Positions 1 through 11,800 of a DNA stretch of 64,000 nucleotides are shown one piece after another. The position numbers were made by a program, and so were the translations under genes. Location: the NCBI RefSeq assembly GCF_001194135.2, contig NC_069001.1, positions 21,828,403-21,892,402 on the forward strand. The letters run 5' to 3'. This stretch comes from Octopus bimaculoides (taxonomy: Eukaryota). The notes under the pieces are model-generated. The model worked only from the letters and a program-made list of their open reading frames with translations, made no database searches and was not told the origin of the DNA. Within the stretch, counting starts at the first letter, position 1, and every line of letters begins with the position of its first letter.

Positions 1-830
1 TCTAGGATTTTAAAATTTGTAAACACCGATTGACATCGGCAGCTGAAACGGCCGTAAGAAATGTTATGTAATATTATGTTATGTTTATATTAAAAAATAA
101 TTAACCGATGTTGGTCAATTTGTTTGCTTGTTAATCAAAATTTTCCCCGTTTTCTGCTTATTTAAATTTGATTCCTGATAAACTTTTGTTTATTCAGTTT
201 TTTTACCTGTACCCCATGACCATAGTGTGCTTGCATACCCATACCCAGGAATAGTATAGGATGAGTAAATGATACCGCTAGTAAGAACGGATATTCTTAT
301 CCCTTAGTCGATTATCCCAACCGCTAACTCTGCTTACCTATATATATATGCACACGATGTACTCTCCCGTCGTTAGACGACGTATCAAGTATCGACAATT
401 TCTTATCGAACAACCACACAAATGATTTGTTTATAGTGATCAAATGTTTGTGTAGACATAAACTCACTCCATCCATTAGATGGACATTACCTGTACAGGT
501 GCCTCTTGGAAGAGGCAATTATAGACCCAAGTTTAGTGGCAAGGCGCACGAGATTTTAATCGAAGCTTTATTGAAGATAGGTCAATATTTATGGTGCAGT
601 GGAAAACTAAAGTTTAGGATTCTGAAGAGTATCTTGGGTGAAGACTTAACCCGGCGATAGAATAGTGGCAAACCATAAGATCTCCTGCTTCCTGCTCTTG
701 GAGGGCTTAGAACGCGGTGAGGTGATGAGTAGGCTACCCTGGAGAAACTATACTGGTAGCCTTACATGCCGTACATGTTTTTAGTCTAGTATTAGGAATA
801 TATTAAAATTTTTATATATATATATATATA

Positions 831-1106
831 TACTACGGCATTCTGTCGGTTACGACGACACGGGTTCCAGTTGATCCAATCAACGGAACAGCCTGCTCGT
901 GAAATTAACATGCAACTGGCTGAGCACTTCACAGTCACGTGTATCATTAACGGGGAGATTCCGCGTGGCACAGAGTACCCCCGCTGCCGGAGACTCGTGA
1001 AGCTCGAAGTGTTTTGGCTCAATAAACACTCACAACGTCCGGTCTGGGAATCGAAATCGCGATCCTACGACCGCGACTCCGCTGCCCTAACCACTGGGCT
1101 ATTGCG

Positions 1107-1110
<4 letters not shown>
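831..1110 (-). mobile_element. tRNA-derived SINE
   Basis: Reverse complement begins GAGGCGCAATAGCCCAGTGGTTAGGGCAGCGG...GATTTCGATTCCCAGACCGG: A box TAGCCCAGTGG and a B-box-like GATTTCGATTCC, then a ~200-bp non-tRNA body. Flanked by (TA)n and (CA)n. Confidence 0.8.
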
Positions 1111-1160
<50 letters not shown>

Positions 1161-1881
1161 TTATATACATGTATATGCGTGCATACACACACAAACATAT
1201 CTATATACGTACATATATATACACANNNNNNNNNNNNNNNNNNNNNNNNNNNNNNNNNNNNNNNNNNNNNNNNNNNNNNNNNNNNNNNNNNNNNNNNNNN
1301 NNNNNNNNNNNNNNNNNNNNNNNNNNNNNNNNNNNNNNNNNNNNNNNNNNNNNNNNNNNNNNNNNNNNNNNNNNNNNNNNNNNNNNNNNNNNNNNNNNNN
1401 NNNNNNNNNNNNNNNNNNNNNNNNNNNNNNNNNNNNNNNNNNNNNNNNNNNNNNNNNNNNNNNNNNNNNNNNNNNNNNNNNNNNNNNNNNNNNNNNNNNN
1501 NNNNNNNNNNNNNNNNNNNNNNNNNNNNNNNNNNNNNNNNNNNNNNNNNNNNNNNNNNNNNNNNNNNNNNNNNNNNNNNNNNNNNNNNNNNNNNNNNNNN
1601 NNNNNNNNNNNNNNNNNNNNNNNNNNNNNNNNNNNNNNNNNNNNNNNNNNNNNNNNNNNNNNNNNNNNNNNNNNNNNNNNNNNNNNNNNNNNNNNNNNNN
1701 NNNNNNNNNNNNNNNNNNNNNNNNNNNNNNNNNNNNNNNNNNNNNNNNNNNNNNNNNNNNNNNNNNNNNNNNNNNNNNNNNNNNNNNNNNNNNNNNNNNN
1801 NNNNNNNNNNNNNNNNNNNNNNNNNNNNNNNNNNNNNNNNNNNNGGGTTGCTTGAAGCTAACTTTCTACCTACACTGTGAA

Positions 1882-2212
1882 GGCGCATAGCTGAGTGGTT
1901 AAAGCGTCGAGCCTACGATCGCGAGGTTGCGAGTTCGAATCCTGGACCGGGCTGCATATTGTGTTCTTGAGCAAGACACTTTATTCACGTTACTCCAGTT
2001 CACTCAGCTGTAGAAATGAGTTACGACGTGACAGGTGTCAAGCTGTATCAGCCGTTGCCTTTCCATTGGATAACACAGGTGGCGTAGAGAGGGGAGGCTG
2101 GTATGCATGGGCGACTGCTGGTCTTCCATAAATAACCTTGCCCGGACTTGCGCCTCGGAGGGTAACTTTCTAGGTGCAATCCCATGGTCAGTCATGACCG
2201 AAGGGGATCTCA
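1882..2212 (+). mobile_element. tRNA-derived SINE with CORE-like central segment
   Basis: A box TAGCTGAGTGG (~1888) and B box GAGTTCGAATCC (~1931), followed by TTGTGTTCTTGAGCAAGACACTTTATTCAC, which resembles the CORE-SINE motif GTGTCCTTGGGCAAGTCACTT. Confidence 0.8.
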
Positions 2213-2686
2213 ACCTACACCTCGATTCCTAGGTCTTATATTTGACCTCAACCAAACGATGACTAAATAAAGGGGTTATATTTACTGCAAAATACAAACC
2301 AGAACTTAACACGAATATATAATGGACTTCACAAATAAAAAACAACCTGATAAAGGAAAAAAGATTTACCTCCCCTTTAGCTAAGAAATATATCCACTGA
2401 TTATCCCTTTAGCTAAAAAACACTATATTCACTGATTATCCCCCTTAAAATATACTCTCCTATATAACCGCAAAACTGTATCATACCTGCTTCTACGCAA
2501 GATTAAATGAAATATCTTTTATGATTTCATAACATTGAGTCATCATTAGCAAAACCGGTCCACTCTGTACATATTGCAATGGATTAAATAAACTTTATCT
2601 ACACAAACAAGAGTCCTGTGCTTTTTCACATTAAACTTTATTTATATACCACCACGTGGAATCTTCCTCCGAAGTTTTCACCTACA

Positions 2687-2725
<39 letters not shown>

Positions 2726-3335
2726 NNNNNNNNNNNNNNNNNNNNNNNNNNNNNNNNNNNNNNNNNNNNNNNNNNNNNNNNNNNNNNNNNNNNNNNNNNN
2801 NNNNNNNNNNNNNNNNNNNNNNNNNNNNNNNNNNNNNNNNNNNNNNNNNNNNNNNNNNNNNNNNNNNNNNNNNNNNNNNNNNNNNNNNNNNNNNNNNNNN
2901 NNNNNNNNNNNNNNNNNNNNNNNNNNNNNNNNNNNNNNNNNNNNNNNNNNNNNNNNNNNNNNNNNNNNNNNNNNNNNNNNNNNNNNNNNNNNNNNNNNNN
3001 NNNNNNTATATATGTATATGTGTGTGTGTATATATATGTACACACACACACACAGACATGTATATATAGGTGAAAAATTTGGAGGGAGATTGCACTTGGT
3101 GCTAGGTATAAAATAAGATTTAAGGTGAAGGAGCACAGAAATGTAGTTAGTGTAGATAATGTATATATGCATACATATATATGCATACATATATATGCAT
3201 ACATATATACATACTTATACATCCTCTTAATAACGCGCGCGAAGCCAAATTGTGTTTATTTGATTCAGTACCTTTCTATCAGTTTGTTTTGAATTCTTGT
3301 TGTAGCGACTCATAATGCTTTACTCTGGATGAATA

Positions 3336-3426
<91 letters not shown>

Positions 3427-3435
3427 ATATATATA

Positions 3436-3624
3436 TGGGAGAATATACAAATAATAACAACAGACGAGGACAGGTGGTGTAAATAACAAAAGGTTATATT
3501 AGTATGACGCTCGGGAATACGGAAAGTCTTTGACGTTTCGAGCTACGCTCTTCAACAGAAAGAATACGGAGACAAGGAGAAAAACACGGAGAAAAAAAAT
3601 TGAATAGTGTTCAGTCAACGGTCA

Positions 3625-3626
<2 letters not shown>
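3436..3626 (-). mobile_element. Short (~190 bp) stand-alone PLE terminal-repeat-like element carrying a hammerhead motif
   Basis: Complex sequence island between (TATC)n/(TA)n and (TA)n/(TG)n. It contains the hammerhead-like motif at 3527-3563 with T-rich flanks on the minus strand. Confidence 0.55.
3527..3563 (-). ncRNA. Minimal type I hammerhead ribozyme, core variant (CUGUUGA)
   Basis: Minus strand TCTTT-CTGTTGA-A-GAGC-GTA-GCTC-GAAAC-GTC-AAAGA: stem I TCTTT/AAAGA, stem II GAGC/GCTC, GAAA, palindromic ACGT stem III and a GUC triplet. A6 is replaced by U. Confidence 0.7.
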
Positions 3627-3702
<76 letters not shown>

Positions 3703-4192
3703 GTGTAAATATATGTGTGTGTATGGGTATGTGAGTAGATATATGTACATATTATACATATATATGTATACATGCACATATATATTTCTATGTCTATATA
3801 TCATAAAATGGAAAAAATTTTTTTTCGAATTTTAAACGTTGTATGCGAATAGAGTCACATATATATGTGCAGAGGGATAAACGTATATATATGTGTATAC
3901 ACACACAAACACACACACACACACACTCCCTCATTTTCTCCCCATTCCTCACCCTCTTTTACTATCCTATATCTCTCTCTCCACCCCTACACATTCAATA
4001 ATACTATCTAAAGAGACGAATCCCCTCAAAATAATCTAAATCTACTAGAATAGATGCAAGCCCTAATATATGATTTATAAAAAAAACATGTGACATATTA
4101 ATAAAAATCTGTAAATGTACAACCATCCAGATCTCTGAGTACCTTATTTTTTCTAATATATAATACCTGTACATCACCTCCAAACCTTCTAA

Positions 4193-4277
<85 letters not shown>

Positions 4278-4281
4278 CCAC

Positions 4282-4384
4282 TCACAAGTTTATTGTCGAC
4301 CCGAGGCTGTAGTCAAAGACACTTGCTCAATTTGCTACGGAGTGAAATTGAACCTGGAACTCCTTACCTCACAGCCACGCCTAC
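4282..4384 (-). mobile_element. SINE 5' fragment (family of 38830-39230 and 48395-48975)
   Basis: Similar to the head of 48815-48975 (ccgaggctgtagtcaaagacacttgctcaa...tgaacctggaac...cacagccacgcctacg). Confidence 0.6.
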
Positions 4385-4573
4385 GTGTGTGTGTGTGTGT
4401 GAGTGAAAGAGAGAGAACGAGATAGAGACAGGGATAGATAGATAGAATGAGAGAGAAAGAGAGAAAAGAGAAAGAGCGAGACAGAAAAGAGAAATGATTT
4501 GTTTCACCCGTAACGAGACAGAGGCAGGAATAGTGGTAGTGAAATGAGGAAGATATTTAACGCCAGACAAATG

Positions 4574-4610
<37 letters not shown>

Positions 4611-4814
4611 ATTACTGTTTAAGTAGGATAAACTTGATAAACTGTTAGTGGGAGAGGTGAGGGAAGGTGTTTGTATCTGTGTCGATATTTATGTATGTTT
4701 ACGTATATATTCTAAATTAAATTAACGAAACTATATTACACAAAGCTAATCGTTTAATTAAATCATACAATGCTTGCCATTATCTTCAGGAAAAAATATA
4801 CTTACATTTCGGAG

Positions 4815-5170
4815 ATATTTGTACACCATAAAAGGCAAAGTTGACCTCGGAGTAATTTGACCTCAGAAGGTAGTGACGAACGAAATGCTGCTAAGCACTT
4901 TGCCCGGCGTGCTAAGGATTCTGCTACCTCACAGCCTACACGCACATAAGTGACATTAATTTCTAATTTTAGCACAAGTCCAGCATCTTCGGAGGAGGGT
5001 ATACGTCGATTACATCCACCCAAGTGTTCAACTGGTATTTACTTTATCGATTTCGATAGGATGAAAGGCAAAGCTGACCTTGGCGAAATTTGAACTCAGA
5101 ACGTAAAGAGGTATGCGATGCCGCTAAGCACCCCCCCTCCGCCGTACTAACGATTCCACCAGCTCGTCCA
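4815..5170 (-). mobile_element. Two tandem copies of a second tRNA-related SINE family
   Basis: Both copies share aaggcaaag(t/c)tgacct(c/t)gg...atttga(c/a)ctcagaa...gctaagcac...cg(t)(g/a)ctaa(g/c)gatt(c). Related copies lie at 31365-31572 (-) and 58633-58850 (+). Confidence 0.7.
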
Positions 5171-5397
5171 CTTCACTCATATATGTGATGCTGACTTAAA
5201 ATTTTTGCCGAAGGCAAACACGATGTAGTTCACTTGACTTACTCCTTCCCCTGAAATTGCAAGCCTCGTGTCAAAATTTGAAATCTGTATAAGCAGATAT
5301 AACTGTTGATTGGTTGGCTTTTTTTGCAGTTACGCTTTATATCGTACTGACATATATATATGTGTGTGCGTGTGTGTATACTTTATTTAAAAGCAGC

Positions 5398-5432
<35 letters not shown>

Positions 5433-5433
<1 letters not shown>

Positions 5434-5990
5434 TGAGTGAGAGATCAGCGCATGCCATCAAAATGACACTGGAGTAAAATATACAAAGCCCAGTATACCC
5501 ATCATGACTACCCGTCTGATAAGGGTACACCAGGCACATGAATCACAAGCATATGTGCGCGACATGGTGATCTCATGTCAAGATAAACAGCGCATGACCT
5601 CGCAGGTGGGGCCCAGTAAGAATTTTCTTCAGGTCGAGTAGCCCATCCCGCTCAAAAGGTCCCTGAATAAGGTTTCTTTAAGGATGTTGAGCAAAACACC
5701 CATGTTTCGAAAGGTGAATTATTCAAACCCTAAACAATTTCTCTCAACACATGGCTACGATGCTCCCCCACTACTTCTGCCCGTGATCAGAGATGCACAT
5801 ACCGTCAGCCACCAAGGAACATGCTCAACTGGTTAAGGTCAAACAACTGACAAGCAAATCTGTGGTAAAAACCCGAATATTTGCTGTAGCCCATCTTTTA
5901 TACCAAGACAAACCAACGTACATGATAACACTTCCAATCACTTAAGATCAGAAGCCATGAGAGCCACTGCTTGGTACTGCATCCGGGCCA
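5433..5990 (-). mobile_element. Non-coding ~500-bp retroposon with (TAA)n 3' tail
   Basis: Clearly homologous, in inverted orientation, to 14800-15315. Both end ...ctc(t)(c/t)tcactca followed by a trinucleotide tail. Confidence 0.7.
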
Positions 5991-6049
5991 CCACCAGCAT
6001 GGCTAGAAATAAGGGCCAAAACAACCCTTAGCCACGTGAGAGCACTTTT

Positions 6050-6119
6050 CTGCACACGCATGTCACTTTAATGACAACTGTACTTGTTGCCTTTCGGTTG
6101 TAAATTGCGAATAGCAACC

Positions 6120-6125
<6 letters not shown>
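6050..6125 (+). mobile_element. Short (TAA)n-tailed retroposon 3' end
   Basis: gtcactttaatgac...tgcctttcggttgtaaattgcgaatagcaacc-(TAA)n matches the reverse complement of 52686-52745. Confidence 0.55.
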
Positions 6126-6162
<37 letters not shown>

Positions 6163-7854
6163 TAATAAAAATAATAATAATAATATGTATATATNNNNNN
6201 NNNNNNNNNNNNNNNNNNNNNNNNNNNNNNNNNNNNNNNNNNNNNNNNNNNNNNNNNNNNNNNNNNNNNNNNNNNNNNNNNNNNNNNNNNNNNNNNNNNN
6301 NNNNNNNNNNNNNNNNNNNNNNNNNNNNNNNNNNNNNNNNNNNNNNNNNNNNNNNNNNNNNNNNNNNNNNNNNNNNNNNNNNNNNNNNNNNNNNNNNNNN
6401 NNNNNNNNNNNNNNNNNNNNNNNNNNNNNNNNNNNNNNNNNNNNNNNNNNNNNNNNNNNNNNNNNNNNNNNNNNNNNNNNNNNNNNNNNNNNNNNNNNNN
6501 NNNNNNNNNNNNNNNNNNNNNNNNNNNNNNNNNNNNNNNNNNNNNNNNNNNNNNNNNNNNNNNNNNNNNNNNNNNNNNNNNNNNNNNNNNNNNNNNNNNN
6601 NNNNNNNNNNNNNNNNNNNNNNNNNNNNNNNNNNNNNNNNNNNNNNNNNNNNNNNNNNNNNNNNNNNNNNNNNNNNNNNNNNNNNNNNNNNNNNNNNNNN
6701 NNNNNNNNNNNNNNNNNNNNNNNNNNNNNNNNNNNNNNNNNNNNNNNNNNNNNNNNNNNNNNNNNNNNNNNNNNNNNNNNNNNNNNNNNNNNNNNNNNNN
6801 NNNNNNNNNNNNNNNNNNNNNNNNNNNNNNNNNNNNNNNNNNNNNNNNNNNNNNNNNNNNNNNNNNNNNNNNNNNNNNNNNNNNNNNNNNNNNNNNNNNN
6901 NNNNNNNNNNNNNNNNNNNNNNNNNNNNNNNNNNNNNNNNNNNNNNNNNNNNNNNNNNNNNNNNNNNNNNNNNNNNNNNNNNNNNNNNNNNNNNNNNNNN
7001 NNNNNNNNNNNNNNNNNNNNNNNNNNNNNNNNNNNNNNNNNNNNNNNNNNNNNNNNNNNNNNNNNNTGTGTGTGTGTGTGTGTGTGTGTGTTTGTGTGTG
7101 TGGGGAGATGTATTTGCATACGCCTATGTCTCTGAACAACTACGACCAACTGATTCATATATCTGAAACTAATTCCAGAGAATCTCTTTTGGTTTCACTG
7201 AAGTTAAATGTAATGATTCAGTAATCCATAACTGGAATCAACATCACTAACATCCCCATTATTTTCTCTTTTTATCCTAAAAATGACTAAGCACATTCTA
7301 ATCCATGATTAACCTTTATTTCTATTTTAAAGAATATTATTTTTGTGGAGAAAATCGAAAATGTCGCATTACTGTTGTTGCATTTCGAAAGTAACCTTAG
7401 AAATCCATTTCTTCGTTAATGCTGTAGCATACTTTTTGAATATATCGAAAAATTCTACGCGAATATTTAAAAGATCTTAAGTCAAACTTGAAGAAGTGTT
7501 TTAGAAACACATAATTTACAAAGCTAAATCTCTATAATAAGTCTGTGTAGTAAGGCAAAATACTACGGCTGAGACGGATCCAATGTGAATCTGATAAATA
7601 TATTGACAATAACGAAAGGAAAAAGTGCTATAATGTAGGGAAGCAGGGAGACTTAATGTGTATTAGTCGAGTGAGCAACTGCTAAGAGCAAAGAGGAAAT
7701 ACAAAGAAAATCAAACAATAAAAAATTCATTGACGGGGAGAGAGAGATGTAAGGGGTATAATAATAGGGAAATCCATTACACACATAAGAATGCACAACG
7801 CAATGACACACAGGCACTCTAATGTATGTATATGTATATATATATATACAAGTT

Positions 7855-9690
7855 ATACTTAAGGGTATCTAAGAGATACCACCATGCTAGAGATGACCAG
7901 AAAATTAATCATCTACTCTGTATGGATGATCTAAAAATGTTTGACGGAAACGACAAAGAATTAGAAGAGCTCCTGAATATTCTCAAAGATTTCAAATATA
8001 GGTATGGAATTCGGACTTGATAAATGTGCAAAGATTACTTTCAAGGCAGAAAACAGAGGCAGAAAAAAGAGAACTTGATACTACCACAACTATTCGAAAC
8101 CTAGACTAATCCTAAGTATACAAATATTTGGGGACCAATGAAGGTGATGGTATCCAGCACTTTAAAATGAAAAGAAAATCCGCAAGGAATGTTACCGAGG
8201 GTAAGAATGGTCCTAAACTCAGAATTAGCCATACCGTTAACCACATATAAGTTCGGTATCCTTAAGTGGAGTCTCATTGACAAGCAGAATATGCCTGGAA
8301 ACATCCGTAAAGCTATTACAAGGTACGGAATGCAAAATCCAAATTTTAATGTAGACAGGATTTATCTTTCAAGAAAATAGGTGCAAGAGATCTGATACAG
8401 CTCGAAAAATCCTTCAAATCACCAATACTAGGTCTTGAAACGTACCTTAATACAAGAGATGTGCTCTTATGAACTGCGCTGAAGCATGAAAATTCCAAGA
8501 AAGCTTCAGTCATGAAGTTTAGTCAGAAATTTAAAAAGTCTCTTGGCCTACAAGTTAACAGTAAGAAAGACTACAGGCACCAAAATACTGACATTGCTTC
8601 TCCTGATTTGGAAATTAACAATCGGAAAGACCAAAGAGATCCAAATAGCGACAAACCTACCATTGCTTCTCCTGATTTGGAAATTAACAATCGGAAAGAC
8701 CAAAGAGATCCAAATAGTGACAAACCTACCATCGATGCAAGAAGCATTAAACAAAAAGCAAAGAATGTTTGCATGACTAATATCGAAGACTACTAGAAAG
8801 GTAAACTTTTGCATGGAAAATACCCTGACCATCTGCCCAAGCCCGATGCTGATAAAAATCTAACACACCAATGGCTACAAGGGACAGACCTGAAAGCGGA
8901 AACCGAAGGTTTTGTTACTGCAGTGCAAGATCAGAGATTATCTATCAGAAACTACCATGCAAACGTCCTGAAAGATGGATCTGACCCTTCGTGCAGAATT
9001 TGCGGTAAGTTCACAGAGACAATTGACCATGTTGTTTCTGGTTGCCCAGTCCCCGATGAAAAGGAGTACCTCATAAGACATATCAGATTAGGGCAGTACA
9101 TCCACTGGAAAGCTTCTAAATACTATAAAATTATATTGCATGATAAGTGGTACAGGCACTATTCAGAGGATGTAGTAAATGGCGAGGATGTCACCATCAT
9201 TTGTAACTTTCCATTTACAAACAGACACAAATATTGACTCCAATCGACCAGACATTGTGATCAAGGACTACAAAAGAGGAACTTGTCTGTTAATAGATAT
9301 GTCTGTCCCACAAAATCAAAATGTATCAAGAAAGGAATACGAAAAGCTTTCTCACTATAAAGATATGCAAATTGAAATCACAAAATGTGGAAGCTTAGTA
9401 CTACGATAATACCAGTAGTAATTGATGCGTTCGGAATGAAAAAGAAGGGAGCTGAGAGGTATATTAAGCAACTCCCTGGTAACTCCAATCTCAGTGAACT
9501 ACAAAAGATAATCTTGATGTGTACTGCCCATATACTACGGAAAGCACTCTCCATCTAAAATGGAATAAATGTGGTGATAACTTTAGCATGCATAGAAAAA
9601 CAAAAGTGCCCTTACTACTCTTGGCCTCCGGAGGACGCCCGGTACTAAAGCAACTGAAATAAAGTTATAATGAAAAGAAGCCATAGATGA
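7855..9690 (+). mobile_element. R4/Dong-clade (RLE-type) non-LTR retrotransposon, 5'-truncated and degenerate
   Basis: RT motif KINHLLCMDDLKMF, post-RT VDRIYLSRK, LKAETEGFVTAVQDQ, CCHC knuckle CRICGKFTETIDHVVSGC, RLE nuclease NRPDIV..LLIDMSVP..EKLSHY, and C-terminal QKIILMCTAHILRKALSI*. Many stops and frameshifts. The 3' end runs into (GAT)n(AAT)n. Confidence 0.9.
8592..8732 (+). repeat. 69-bp tandem duplication inside the LINE ORF
   Basis: 8592-8660 and 8661-8729 differ at one base. Each encodes IASPDLEINNRKDQRDPNSDKPT. Confidence 0.95.
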
Positions 9691-9699
9691 TGATGATGG

Positions 9700-9772
<73 letters not shown>

Positions 9773-9774
9773 AC

Positions 9775-9831
<57 letters not shown>

Positions 9832-9843
9832 TAATAATAATAA
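9687..9843 (+). repeat. Compound (GAT)n-(AAT)n microsatellite
   Basis: Read directly from the sequence; it abuts the LINE 3' end. Confidence 0.95.
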
Positions 9844-10596
9844 CCGTGACGGCAACAAGGGCATAAGTAATAAGACTAACAATAATAAAACTAGCATTAA
9901 TATAAATGACGATGCTGGAATAATAATAGCAATAAAAATACTACTACTGCAGTTACTACAACTACAACTACTACTATTTATACTACTACTACTAATAATA
10001 ATAACAACATCGACAGCAAAAACAACATTAAAAAACAATACCAAGAACAACAACAAGAATAACGATAATTTTAATAGGAATTACAAGAGCAAAAGACAAG
10101 TTGAATAGTATTAGATGTACGAAATAAATGTGCAAATGTACGAAGTAGGGAATAAAAACATAATAAAACAATTAAGAATGAAATAAACATAAATGAAAAA
10201 TAAATGGCGTAGAGAATATAAGAGTGTTTAACATAAAACACTAATATTGAAATAGAACTAGAAAATAAATATAAACTGACAATTCATCGATTTAATTAGA
10301 TAGTCGCGTTCATGGATGTGTGTATGTGTGTTTATCTTTAGTGGTGATGAAGGTAGGTATCTGTGCATACTCAATAAAATATAGTGCTTTATTCAAAATG
10401 GAAATGAACACAGTAACATGAGTAGTACTGAATGAGAATCGTCGATCTCTATTCCATGTAGAATCGATTTCCATTCAGAAAATCGTTTTAAAGTTTTTGA
10501 AAAGGCATCAGATTCAGTGTCACATTACCTTTACGTCTTAAATAAATTTATTATCCTTTTGGTGTAAATTTCAATCATATTTCTCTCTGATTTCAG

Positions 10597-10669
10597 TTTT
10601 CCGTTTTCGACACCTCACACCATAATGATGTTTGAAGCACCAGCAAACGAGGCGAAGTCATGTTTAAAG
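10597..10669 (+). CDS. Candidate internal exon (FPFSTPHTIMMFEAPANEAKSCLK), unknown protein
   Basis: Acceptor ttctctctgatttcag and donor AAG|gtaaaa. One open frame of three (1 nt + 24 codons). No homology recognised. Confidence 0.25.
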
Positions 10670-11734
10670 GTAAAATTTTAAGCTGTGTACAAATCATCGT
10701 CAAAGTCTGCGAAGAAATAGTTAAAGATTTTGCATTCGAATAACCAATAGGTACATTGAAAATATTTATGTTTGTCCAAGGAAATTTCTGAACGTTGTCG
10801 GCTTCTTGTTCATACTATTAATTTCAACCACCGTGTAATTACATGTATCTAGACTGATGCAGTGAGGACTTAATTTCAGTGCGTGAAGTCTAATCAATTA
10901 CAACTCTTGTGTTCTAAGAAGCACCAAAATAAGCATGGTCAAGCTGGGCAAGTTTCATCAGAACCCATTCTGTATAGACTTGTTTATCTAGTGTGTTCTT
11001 TATGGTTTGATTTCAGGAAGATTTAGCTCTATTTCTTGGAGGTCGATTGCTACATCATATAGTCATACTAGTTGTTGACTACTGACATTTCAGAGGCACC
11101 TGCCTTGATTCATCAAATACGTCTCACAGGTAGGTATAAATATGTATCAGGATATGCACTTTAATTCAATTCAACTGTATGAAGCGCGTTAATATTATTT
11201 GAAGTTCTCGAAAGTAATTGAAATTCTCCCGGTATTTTTCATTCTATATTCAAACAGCAACCGAATGTCAAAGTGATACAATGAATATCTCTCATGATTT
11301 CTTATGCTGAAGTGAAACATTGGAATTTAAAAGACGAATGATATCTATACCTTTTGCTAACGGATACGAAATAAAATTTTACGCCACCATGTCGATAGGG
11401 AATAAAACGAATAATTGACAGGCTGTGCAGAAGAAATTGCTTTACATTTCCTACTCAACGACAAAAACACAATGTCTTTACATTGTGTCTCTGCTGGTAT
11501 TCGATCAGTTAGAAACGACAAACTATTCTCCTTCAAATGACACTTCACGCCCATTGAAACAGGAAAAATTGAACAATGCAGTTTCTACGTGTAGAAAATA
11601 GCAGCTGATCAATGCTACAATCACTTTGATCTTAATTATGATCGATAAGAGCTGGTTTACAGCAACTGAAAATCAGAAATTCTATTAAGCAGGCGGTATA
11701 AGTACTACGATTGATACTGCCAATTTTCTGATCT

Positions 11735-11800
<66 letters not shown>

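Noticed and set aside
1882-1955. tRNA gene (also 1035-1110, 14400-14465, 48900-48975)
   Set aside because: A and B boxes are present, but there is no complete cloverleaf or terminator and each continues into a repeat body. These are SINE-type heads.
2372-2445. Small tandem duplications (also 19350-19422, 25190-25230, 27648-27682)
   Set aside because: Ordinary slippage products with no further structure.
871-7166. Long ORFs spanning N gaps (also at 15.3, 22.4, 40.5, 51-54.7 and 59.1 kb)
   Set aside because: Open only because Ns and microsatellites contain no stops.
9830-10070. Asn/Thr-rich coding-like stretch
   Set aside because: Frameshifts within 100 bp and continuous with (AAT)n. It is a decayed microsatellite and a caution for the 23.5-kb frame.
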